Assembly (NCBI GenBank): GCA_963768425.1
Contig: CAVYHV010000009.1
Coordinates: forward strand, 32,001-96,000
Source: Candidatus Bathyarchaeota archaeon
GTDB taxonomy: Archaea > Thermoproteota > Bathyarchaeia > Bathyarchaeales > Bathycorpusculaceae
Length of the DNA stretch: 64,000 nt
Direction: 5' to 3'
The notes beneath the pieces are model-generated. The model searched no databases and was not told where the DNA came from. It saw only the letters and a program-made list of their open reading frames with translations. How positions within the stretch are numbered: position 1 is the first letter of the stretch; each line of letters opens with the position of its first letter. The translations under genes were made by a program, and so were the position numbers. Below, one piece after another: positions 40,977 through 50,503 of this stretch.

Positions 40977-41737
40977 TCTGAACAGACGTTGTGGTCATGA
41001 ATGGATTCAAAGCTTACGCATTTAACCGTGCAGTAACGCTTAGGATACTTTTCTTTAAGCAGCTGTACGCATTGCCTTGTCACGTCCTCAACAAACTTGG
41101 CGTTCTTATGCATATTTTCAACCACCTTCTTCTCTTCAGGTCGTTTAAGCAGCGAGAACGTCGGCGAACTGAAGCTTTGACTGCAAATCTTGAGGACATC
41201 AAGCAAGTCAGTGTTTTCCGTTACGTCAATTTCCACGCTCAAGGAGCCTCTCTGGTTATGGGTCAACCCGCCACACATTTCCTTCGAGCATGGGCAGGCT
41301 AAGGCGCCGTTAACGGTGATGCCTGCTGTTTTCTTTCCCGTTTTGGTGGAGTACCGCGCAAACATTTGAGCAATCGAGTTTTCTTTTTTGCCGCTTGGTC
41401 TAACCCTGTTAAATGGGAGTTCACCGAAAACTTCTGTTTGACAGTGGAAACCATGCTTCTTAAACGCGGTTTTCGAAATCTGCACCGCCAAATTCTCAAT
41501 TGACGCGGCTTCTCGCGGGGTTTCTTCAACGGTTTCGATGAACCTGCTCATATGAACCCCGCGTAGATGAGACGGCAAGGTAATGTAGCTGTTTATGGTA
41601 ACAATGATGTTGAAGGTTCCCTCTGGCCTTTTCACCATCACCAGTTTCCGAAGACCTTCCACACCGACTTTTTCCAGTTCAATTTCATTTTCTGGTTTTT
41701 GGTTTTGAACGTCGACGACCAAATTTTTGATCCCCAT
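40958..41737 (-). CDS. GTP cyclohydrolase, FolE2/MptA family
   Basis: DVQ, VGV, RGVHMSRF, ACPCS, HNQR, LLKRPEE, FVED, ESIHDH. Confidence 0.9.
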   Translation of the reverse strand: MGIKNLVVDVQNQKPENEIELEKVGVEGLRKLVMVKRPEGTFNIIVTINSYITLPSHLRGVHMSRFIETVEETPREAASIENLAVQISKTAFKKHGFHCQTEVFGELPFNRVRPSGKKENSIAQMFARYSTKTGKKTAGITVNGALACPCSKEMCGGLTHNQRGSLSVEIDVTENTDLLDVLKICSQSFSSPTFSLLKRPEEKKVVENMHKNAKFVEDVTRQCVQLLKEKYPKRYCTVKCVSFESIHDHNVCSEWRGTL

Positions 41738-41973
41738 TCAATTTCCTAACCAGCATTCTGCCCTTGAATGCCTTGGTTTAATGGATTTGACTGAGGAGAG
41801 AGAAACCTTGTTGCTTATTATGTCTTACTTAATTAATACGTGAATTCTGAATGCGTTTTAATGCGTGCGAAATAGAAGAATCTCGCCATTATTCATACAG
41901 CTCTTTCAGTACTTCATCCAAACAGTGACCAGCCCGAAAGTAGAGGTTAAACGTCAAGCAGCCAAGCATTTAA

Positions 41974-42237
41974 TCACTTTTTAGATTGCTTGTCTGCCTC
42001 TAACGCCTTTTCTAACCGCATTATTTTCTTCTGCTGTGACAGCAGGATCGAAATAACCATGGGCTCAAAGAGAATCGGCTGCGTTGCGTTACTTCCCGCA
42101 GACGCATAACTTCGGCAAGCATCCATCAAAACCTCGAAAGCTTCCTTATCGTCTGTTCTCAGCGCTTTCGAAAAACCATTCCACCGACGTATTTCATCTT
42201 CAATAGCCATACGATATGATTCAATAGTTTTTCCCAT
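41974..42237 (-). CDS. PolB2-associated small helical protein (arCOG07300-like)
   Basis: MGKT..SYR...E...W..F.KALR..D...F..L....R.YA.A....P..FE...SILL..QK.I pattern. Confidence 0.7.
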   Translation of the reverse strand: MGKTIESYRMAIEDEIRRWNGFSKALRTDDKEAFEVLMDACRSYASAGSNATQPILFEPMVISILLSQQKKIMRLEKALEADKQSKK

Positions 42238-42301
42238 AATTCATATCTCCCAAATTAGGGTTTTACGTAAAAGACTTTTTTGCCATTTAAATTATCGGCT
42301 C

Positions 42302-42340
42302 AAACGACATTGCCACTCAGTAGAGGGATAAGTGAAAGTG
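42302..42340 (-). promoter_or_regulatory. Upstream motif shared with the polB2 promoter region; contains an ANTTTC box
   Basis: AAACGAC-N9-CAGT-RGAGRGW-TAAGTGAAA-RTG on the plus strand, same spacing as 26733-26771. Confidence 0.55.
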
Positions 42341-42495
42341 ACCCAACTGGCAACGCCTTTTGGAGTAACAAAACCTGTCACCAGATTCTTAAAACGAAGG
42401 TTTATCGCTTATGAATTTACCCGCGTCGGTTTCGCCAATGTTTATTAGTTTCTAATTGCCTAGTCGTCGCTTCAAAATTCCAGACGGTGAATCAC

Positions 42496-43448
42496 TTGCA
42501 GAAGGTAACAATAACGGCTCCAGCCCACCTGCACGCAGGCAACTTCGATTTAACAGGCGACCTCGGAAGACTCTACGGGACAGTTGGTTTCGCAATAGAT
42601 CTTCCGCCTTGAAGTTGAGGTTTCCAAGGCGAAAGGAATCAAGGCTGAAGACAAGTCAGCATACAAGTTCGCCAAACGCATGGTTGACAAATTCGCTCTG
42701 GAAGGTGCAGAAGTAAAAATCAAAAAAGAAATCCCACGTTTCGTCGGCGTCGGATTCCACACAACCCTAGCTCTCTCAATCGGCATCGGCTTATCAAAAC
42801 TCTACGATTTGAACCTGACCGTAGAAGACGTCTCCTTGATTCATGGGGAGAGGAACCATAACCGCGATGGGTGTTTACGCCTTCAAAACCGGCGGGTTCA
42901 TCGTGGAAGGCGGCTTCAAAGTTGACAGCCGAACAAAAATGGTGCCCCCCCTCATATTTCACGGAGCGGTACCCAAAAACTGGTTTTTCGTAGTGGCAAT
43001 TCCCAACGAGTCAAGGCAGAAAATTGCTGAGATGAGAGAAAACGAAGACGAAATCCTGGGCAACCTCAAAGTGATGCCCAAAGAGCTGTCCGATGAGCTT
43101 TCAAGGCTCGTTTTAGTCAAGCTTATGCCTGCCTTCGTTGAGAAAGACCTCAAATCCTTCGGCGAAGCCTTGACCGCTTTCAACTCGAAACTGGGGAGAT
43201 TCTGGAGAGACTATCAGGAAGGCACCTACTGCAATCAAGTAGTTGAAGAAGGGATAAAAATCATGCTTAGAAACAGCTCGTTGGCTTGCCAAACCTCTTG
43301 GGGACCGACCCATTACTCCATCGTCAAAGGCAAAGCGGCCGCAGAGAAGCTAGCAGCTGAGCTAAAGCAGTTCCTTGACAAAAGTGGCGGCGGAGAAATC
43401 TACGTTACCCAAGCAAGTAATCATGGAGCTTCAGTTGTGAAGGCTTAA
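42496..43448 (+). CDS. Beta-RFAP synthase-like protein (divergent paralogue), two +1 indels
   Basis: APAHLHAGNFDL.GDLGRLYG, IPRFVGVGFHT, MGRG...GGFIVEGG, QTSWGPT. Confidence 0.75.
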
Positions 43449-43450
43449 GC

Positions 43451-44608
43451 ATGGTTAAAGCTGTTGGGATAGACTCTGGCACTAAAACAATGGATATCTA
43501 CGGCTTCGACGACCAAGATGGCAGTGTACTGGTTGATTTTGCCCTGTCCCGGGAAGAAGTAACCAAGAACCCAAGCCTCGTCATCGACAAGCTCAAAGAA
43601 ATTCAGCATGTTTGCGGCAAGATTGATGCGATTGCAGGACCTGCAGGTTACGGTTTGCCGCTTCAAAGAGCCAAAGACGCAACGTTGGAAGACATCGCTT
43701 TGGCAACTTTCATCACGCAAGCTGACGTCGAACGCAAACTCAAAATCGTCGGTTTAAGGCAACTGATGCAGCTCATGAAGAACACACCGGAACTCAACAT
43801 ATGGTTTACCCCTGCGGTGATTCAGTTGCCAACGGTTCCTGAATACAGAAAAGCCAACCGAGTAGACATGGGCACCAACGACAAAGTTCCAAGCGCCATC
43901 TTAGCTGTGAAAGACCAGGCGCAAAGGCTAAAAATCAGGTACGACCAAACCAACTTGATCGTCGTCGAAATCGGATTCGCGTACACATCGGCGATGGCTG
44001 TAAAGAAACGGTCAAATCGTTGACGCCATGGCTGGAACGGCGGGGTTTCCCTCTTTTCTGGGCATGGGGTTCCTCGACGGCGAACTCGCCTACGGCTTAG
44101 CAAACACGGTGGAAGATTTTTCGAAGCTCACTCTTTTCGCTGGCGGAGCCGCGGCAGTCGCTGGGCTTCGACACATCCAAACCAATCGAAGAATTCCTTC
44201 AAGAGGGCAAAAACAAATGAAAACGTCAAAAGCTGGCTTGGATTTGATGCTTGAATCCGTCGTTAAAGATGTCGCGTCTCTTTTGCCATCAGTCAAACCG
44301 AAGGAAATAATTCTAAGCGGAAGATTTTCAAAGATTCCAGAGTTCTACGCTTTGGTTGGAGGAAAGGCTTGAGACGTTCTTTCAGCGAAATTGGGTCAAA
44401 AATCGACGTGGTCAAGATTGAAGGCAACGCAAAAGTCGCCAAGGGCGCAGCTGAAGGCGCAGCGATATTTGCAAATGGCATAGCGCATGGGAAATACGAG
44501 CCAATTATCGATGTTATGAAGCTTAGGGAAAGCAAAGGCGGAATATTCGACCACGTGTATTTGGATGAAAAAACCAAGAAGGGACTCGAAGCCTTCAAAA
44601 AATATTAG
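43451..44608 (+). CDS. DUF1464 family (ASKHA/butyrate-kinase-like) protein, several +1 indels
   Basis: GIDSGT, GPAGYG, VPEYRKANRVDMGTNDK, EIGFAY, DGELAY, ILSGR, AK.AAEGAAI.ANG. Confidence 0.75.
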
Positions 44609-44624
44609 AACGCCATTTTCTAAG

Positions 44625-45415
44625 TTAAACCAGTTTCTTTAAGTCTTGGGGCTTGATTTCTTTGAAGCCTTCGATTTTTTCGCCGCTTCCCGTCATATTA
44701 TAAAACTTGATTTCTCCGTCGGTTTGCTGTGCCAGCCACTCCAGCAGTTCCCTGCTGATTTTCAGCTTTTCCCGTTTCACCTTGAGCGATTTCACTTGTT
44801 GCTTGGAGTACTTCCCTACGGTAGACCCGAAATCCATCCCCGCCAACACAATCACCTTGGCGCCCATTGCTGCCGCAAGAAAAACCGCTCTGTCCCCGTC
44901 CGTGAAACCCAAAAAATTGTAGACGTTGGGGCGAGGCTCTACCTGTGTGCTTCCGATTGCTCGAGAGAACTCGGGAACAAACTGTTTTAGCTGCTCAATG
45001 TTATCGCCGTGCGCATGGATGACTATGATTGAACCCTTCTTCTGCGCGGAGACTATGTCACTTACAACCCCGTCCAAATCGGTTACAATCACGTCTGGGA
45101 CAGCTTCTGCAACATGCAACAACGCCGTTGTCGCGCCGTCAGCCACCACAGTCACAAATTTCTGCAGAACACCCTCGCCCTTGAGCTTGCTTGAGGTTTT
45201 CTTCAAGGGACGGCCCTGCACCGAACACCAAAACGTGACTGATTCGTCACACGCTTTCTAATCTCTGAAGGATCCATGGCTTTCACAGCCAAAAGTTTAC
45301 TTAGCAGATCAGCGGCTTCCTGGTCTTTGGCTTGGTCGTAGCCGAACGTTTCAATAATCCTTTGGTACCACGGCCACCAATCGTTCAATCCAAGTTTCAT
45401 GCTAAATCCAGCCAT
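44625..45415 (-). CDS. mptE: 6-hydroxymethyl-7,8-dihydropterin pyrophosphokinase (DUF115), frameshifted
   Basis: WY..I...FGY....D, VADGA, PDVIVTDLDG, HAHGDN, GFTDGDRA, GMDFG, K..KL. Confidence 0.8.
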
Positions 45416-45420
45416 TTTGA

Positions 45421-46397
45421 CTACGAAGTTGTTTTAATATATGCCCCTCTATTGTTCGCGCCCACCCAGAAAACTTGCCCGCCTGATTTTTTCTCCAAGA
45501 AACCCTCCACCTCCAACGAAAGCTTTTCCGCTTGCCTTTTGCCTTCAACAAGCCCGTACACAGTTGGTCCCCATGAACTTTGACCCGCCCCCAAAGCTCC
45601 GTGGTTCAGCATGAATTTGATGCATTCGCTTGACGGGGAACTGGAAAACCTTCCGCCCTGCGCTGATGCAAAGTAGTCGCCGACCAAGTTTTGAATCTGA
45701 GTCAACGCCCCTCCGAAGGTCTTGATGTCTTTCTCTTTTAACGCTGGCAGAAGGGACATCAAAATCAATCGGCTTATTCGCCCAGCCTGCTCCACTTGAC
45801 ATAGGTGGCAGATCTTTGAACGCGTGAGCCTCCGCCTCGCCCGACAAACCGCCCTTAACCTGCGGAATGGCCACAGCAAAAAACCAGTTATCAGGGAAAG
45901 ATGATTGAAAAATCACTGGTGGAAAACCATCCCAAGACGAAAGCGGTTTGTTCTTTTGGCTTTTAACGCCGCCTTCAAGAACAAATCCGCCTTTTTCAAA
46001 AAGTGCAGTTCCAACGCCAGACACGGCTCCTCTTCCCATGGCTTTGGAAAGTTCCAGCGTGGAGGCTTTCGTGTTAAATAGTTTTGCAAGGGCAGTTGCA
46101 GCTGCTAATGCAAGCTGGGTTCCCGAGCCTAACCCGACATGTTGGGGAATAGCCTGCTTTACATTTACTGCTACTTCAGGTTTTAAATCATATTTTTTGA
46201 GGAAAAGCTCAACCCACTGCTTTACTAGTTCGCTTTTTTCCCCTTGGACAATGAAGCGTTGTGATGTTTCAGCTTCAACAATTGCGTTTGGCTGGTTTAT
46301 GGCTACGCCCATGCCGCCGAAGAGCTCGCCCCAAATCGCCTCCTAAATCAATAAGTCCTAAATGAAGCCTAGCCGGAGCCTTAACGTACACCTTCAT
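45421..46397 (-). CDS. mptG: Beta-ribofuranosylaminobenzene 5'-phosphate synthase, frameshifted
   Basis: APARLHLGLIDL, IPQHVGLGSGTQLALA, GRGAVSGVG..F..GGFVLEGG, GQSSWGPT. Confidence 0.8.
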
Positions 46398-46587
46398 GAG
46401 CTTAATGCCTGACCCACCCTCAAATCAATAATCCACTGGTATGTAAATTTGAGGGTTCTTAATTACTACAGCTAATACGACGAAATAAAAGTTGCATAAT
46501 TACTGCTTAAAATAACTCTAGTCACCACATTTTTTGGATAACAGGATCCGTATATGTTAGAAATTGGATACCATTTGAGGGAGTGTG

Positions 46588-47668
46588 TCAATTGGTCTTG
46601 GCTTTCTCGTAAGCGTTTGCGACTGCTTCACTTGTCAACACGCCTACCACTTTAGTAGCCGCCTCTTTGTCCACAACAGGCATCAAATCAATTTTTTCTT
46701 TAGACATTATCTTGTAGGCTTCAATGACTGCCTCGTCAGGGTAAGTTGAAATGTTCTTCAGAGGCATCTGTTCAATCCTTATGCTTTCTCGTTGGTCCTT
46801 TGATATCTTAATTATCTCGTTCCACGTTACGATTCCTTGGAAAACGCCGTCCTTTTTCTACGAGCGCATCGTGGTACCTCGACTTAAACATGACTTCGAA
46901 GGCTTCAGAAAGGGTTTGGTCCGGGCGAACAGAACCTATTTCGGATTGCATGACGTCTTTTACACGCACACTTGCCAAAGTTGTCGAGACAATAGTTTGC
47001 TCTGCTTCTTCACTTGCGCCCACGTAAACGAAAACACCAACAACAATGAGCAGGAACTCGCTCGGGAAAACGATTCCAAAAACCGCCATGCCGATGCCCA
47101 AGATTCTGCCTATGTAGCTTGCGTATTTAGTGGCATCAGTGAACTTCATGCGTTCAGCCAGCAGTGCTCGCAGAACTCTGCCGCCGTCCATCGGGAAAGC
47201 TGGAAGCAAATTGAAGGCGCCGAGCAGCAGATTCAGGTACCCCAAATCAAGCAGCAGGTTCCCAGTGGAAATAACCACTGAAGAAGGCGCAAAAATCAGT
47301 TTCACTGGCAAGGCGAAGTTTATTCCGATTAAAGCCGCTCCAAGGATTAGGCTTGTGAAGGGACCCGCAAAAGCCATGCGCCACTCTATTCTAGGGTTTT
47401 CTGGGATTTCCTCTATTTCTGAGACTCCGCCGATTGGATAGAGGATGATTTTGCGGACTTTGATGCCGAATCGTCTTGCAACGATTGAGTGAGCAAGCTC
47501 ATGGAAAAGCACAAAGACAAACAGGAACACGATTAGGATGAAGGAGTAGATTTGGTGGTAGTAGACGGAGAGTCCGAGCACTGCTACTATGAGCAGAACA
47601 AATGTGATGTGCAGTTCAATGGGTATGCTCCATGCGGACCCTATCTTAAAAGACGTCTTCATGGACAA
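46588..47668 (-). CDS. Site-2 protease (M50) with a CBS pair, one frameshift near 46850
   Basis: HELAH, AGP, FNLLPAFPMDGGR; the CBS domains continue in another frame to the stop at 46588. Confidence 0.85.
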
Positions 47669-47765
47669 GTTGAAAGCAAAGTCTGCTTTTTAAATATTCG
47701 ATAACTTCACACTTGCAATACGATTATATAATGCTTGGAACTATGGCTATTTTGAGGAAAAGGTT

Positions 47766-48137
47766 TTGTCAGAACTTACTTGGAAAAAGCCTGTTGTCTG
47801 CATTTTTAAGGAGCGCGACGACAACCCGGAGATAGATCCTTTCGTAGTTGTTAAAGCTAGAAAAATCGCAGTGTCTCGAATGGATTGCGGTGGAGTTGAA
47901 GGAAACCTTCAGGATTTTTTCACTTTGATGGGAGACGCCGATTACCTTTCAACAGCGGAGGGCGCAGCGGACCATTATGTCATGTGCTGGTTTGACGACA
48001 CTGAGCCGGACATGACTATGGATTTGCGACGTCTGCGAGGAGTCGCCTTTAAAGGAAAAGTGACGTTTGTCCTAACTGAAAGCGGAAAAAGAACCTACAA
48101 TGCTTTCTTCAAAGCTGAACATGCAAAGCTGAAATAG
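47766..48137 (+). CDS. Hypothetical protein
   Basis: 123-aa ORF with an SD-like GAGG upstream. Confidence 0.55.
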   Translation: MSELTWKKPVVCIFKERDDNPEIDPFVVVKARKIAVSRMDCGGVEGNLQDFFTLMGDADYLSTAEGAADHYVMCWFDDTEPDMTMDLRRLRGVAFKGKVTFVLTESGKRTYNAFFKAEHAKLK

Positions 48138-48266
48138 CCAATTACGCTCCAAAGATAAAAAGAGGAAGAACTAAAAACAAAGGCTTTCGAAGGATACGGC
48201 CAGAAAGTCAGGACAATATTCTACGAGTAACTTTTCGAAACAAACTTTTAGGAGGCGATAAATGTT

Positions 48267-48572
48267 ATGAAATCTGTCAAGTTAGCTTCAACAAACGACG
48301 TAAAACCCAATAGCATGATGAGGGTCACAATCAACGACCAGAAAATACTGATTGCAAACGTAAATGGGAGTTACTACGCTATCGGCGACGTCTGCATGCA
48401 CAGAGGCTGCCAACTGTCCAAAGGTGAGCTTAAAGGAGAAACAGTGATTTGCCCCTGCCACGGATCCATTTACGACCTTAAAACAGGGACATTCCTTAAG
48501 GGACCAACAAAGAAAGGCGAGCCCAAGTACGAAGTTAACATCGAAAACAACGACATCATGATTAACCTTTAG
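48267..48572 (+). CDS. Rieske-type ferredoxin
   Basis: CMH...CPCHGS.YD..TG. Confidence 0.88.
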   Translation: MKSVKLASTNDVKPNSMMRVTINDQKILIANVNGSYYAIGDVCMHRGCQLSKGELKGETVICPCHGSIYDLKTGTFLKGPTKKGEPKYEVNIENNDIMINL

Positions 48573-48696
48573 GAAGGCAATATCGACCTGTAAAAACGAA
48601 CACCGTAAAGTCGGAAACCCTCGAAAATCAGTGTCTTAAAGACACCCCACTTTTCTTCGAGAAATTGTCAATTTGCCGCGACCTTGTTCCCCAATA

Positions 48697-49083
48697 TTAT
48701 CTTTCGATTAGTTCGATAAGTGTTCCATCTGGGTCTTCCACGAAAGCTATTGTCGGTCCGTTTGGTCCAAGCTTGAAGGGTTCGTCAGTGACAGTTACTT
48801 TTTCTTTCCGCATTGAAACAATTGTCTCATTCATGTCTGAGACGGTGAAGCCTAGATGGTCAAACAAGCGCTCTTGATATTCAGGCTGTACAAACTTCTT
48901 TTGATCACGGTAGAAGGTTAACTCAAGCGTGCAGCCTTTGCCATCTGGGTCCTGAAGGAAAACGATTTCGGCATTAGTCTGTTTGATTTCTCGGCGGCTT
49001 GAAACCTTCAACCCAAAAAGCTTGGTGTAAAAATCAATTGATCTCTCTAAATCACTTGAACGGATACTTGTATGAACAAACAT
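48697..49083 (-). CDS. VOC/glyoxalase family protein
   Basis: HTSIRSSDLERSIDFY, LELT, HLGF, EDPDGTLIELI. Confidence 0.88.
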   Translation of the reverse strand: MFVHTSIRSSDLERSIDFYTKLFGLKVSSRREIKQTNAEIVFLQDPDGKGCTLELTFYRDQKKFVQPEYQERLFDHLGFTVSDMNETIVSMRKEKVTVTDEPFKLGPNGPTIAFVEDPDGTLIELIER

Positions 49084-49145
49084 GTTTTCATCCCTAACTT
49101 TTCTAACGCACAGTTTGTAATAACCATTGAGTTACCGAAGCTCTC

Positions 49146-49556
49146 TTATTGTTCGTCCAAAATTTTGTTGACCAGTTCGTCCGCCCTCGAAATATACGGG
49201 TTACTTCTTGGAACGTTCACAAAACGTACTTTCTTGAAGCAAGTGCTCAGTTCTCGGGCTTTTTCCCATAGCTTTTTGAGCTCAGAATTTTTTACGCTAT
49301 ATTCGCCATTAAGTTGTTTTCCGACTAGTTCGCTGTCTAGGTTGCAGGTGACTTCTTGGGCTTTAAAGGCTTTGGCGAACTCTAAGGCTGCGATCAACGC
49401 TTTGTATTCTGCCTGGTTGTTGGTTGCGTTGCCGATGAAACAAGAATCTGCTTTGATAATCTGCCCTGCTTCGGCTACAGCGAGGAAAGCTGTGGCTGCT
49501 GGTCCCGGGTTCCCTCTTGCGCCCCCGTCTGAGTAAAGCAGCAAACGTTCAAGCAT
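49146..49556 (-). CDS. rnhA: Ribonuclease HI
   Basis: SDGGARGNPG, TNNQAEY, DSELV, VPR...ADEL. Confidence 0.9.
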   Translation of the reverse strand: MLERLLLYSDGGARGNPGPAATAFLAVAEAGQIIKADSCFIGNATNNQAEYKALIAALEFAKAFKAQEVTCNLDSELVGKQLNGEYSVKNSELKKLWEKARELSTCFKKVRFVNVPRSNPYISRADELVNKILDEQ

Positions 49557-49902
49557 ATGTTTTCGCTTCTTAACAGTTGCTAACAGTGATTCATTATTTA
49601 AATTGTTAAGTCACGTACACTTGCTTTGATTACTTTTTTCTGAAGTAAACTATGGGAAAAACCCTAGGCAAAGTCATCCAAAGACTCTGAAAATGCGAGG
49701 ACAATCGAAAAAGTTGAATCATGCGTCATTTCTTCCAAGAATGATTATCTCGTCTATTCTTTTGCCGAAGTTTATGATTTATGGTAGGCTTGAGAATAAA
49801 CCTAGTTTTCTTAAGATGTATTTTTCTGGGCTTCAAAAAGGCAGTTATCCGTCGGGAAGCTCGGGTTTTTTCACGAAAAAGGGAAAGAATATTTCTTGTC
49901 TG

Positions 49903-50280
49903 TTATTTAAGCGAATCTTTGAGTGCTGAAAAGTACGATAGAACCTGTTCCATCTGCTCTTCAGACATAGCCAGAATGGTCCTTACTGCTTCCTTCTGCT
50001 TTGGCGAAGAAGAAACCCCAATTGTAGCCAACGCATAATCTAGGCTTGTGAAAAGCGGCTCCCACGGGATGTTGACCCGTTTGCCTTTAAGATTGTATAA
50101 AGCAAGAACAAACGCACTGGCTCGGCTTAAGCTGTCCTTGAATGTTTGAAGCGTCCCGCCGATAATCAGCGCGTCATAATCTTTCCCTGAAATAAAGCTT
50201 CGAATTACTCCGTGATTTTGCTCTAAGTTTTTGATTTCGACGAAAAGGTCTTGCTTAAGTTTTGCTTCGGCTTCTGCCAA
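49903..50280 (-). CDS. Hypothetical protein
   Basis: Helical 125-aa ORF with GGTGA SD upstream. Confidence 0.6.
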   Translation of the reverse strand: MAEAEAKLKQDLFVEIKNLEQNHGVIRSFISGKDYDALIIGGTLQTFKDSLSRASAFVLALYNLKGKRVNIPWEPLFTSLDYALATIGVSSSPKQKEAVRTILAMSEEQMEQVLSYFSALKDSLK

Positions 50281-50503
50281 ACATCTTCACCGCTTTCCTG
50301 TAAGCGAAAAACAAGTACATAAGAGTTTTTTACGCCAGCAGCCACTTTTTATTGTTGCTAAACCAGTCGGGCCAATAATCACTGCATTGGCTTAATACGT
50401 TTCCAAAGCAACCATGCTTTGCTCCCTATGCCAAAAAAACAAGGAACACGGCAATAATTAAAAGCAAAAGTCTTAATAGCCAATGCCTCAATGAACAAGT
50501 TTC

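Noticed and set aside
42496-46397. Programmed ribosomal frameshifting in the pterin genes
   Set aside because: There are multiple breaks per gene, no consistent slippery heptamers, and the same pattern in unrelated genes; sequencing indels explain it better.
50370-50425. Leader/attenuator hairpins upstream of leuS
   Set aside because: Only two 6-7 bp stems, no T-box or Leu-rich leader peptide, and they lie upstream of the likely TATA box.
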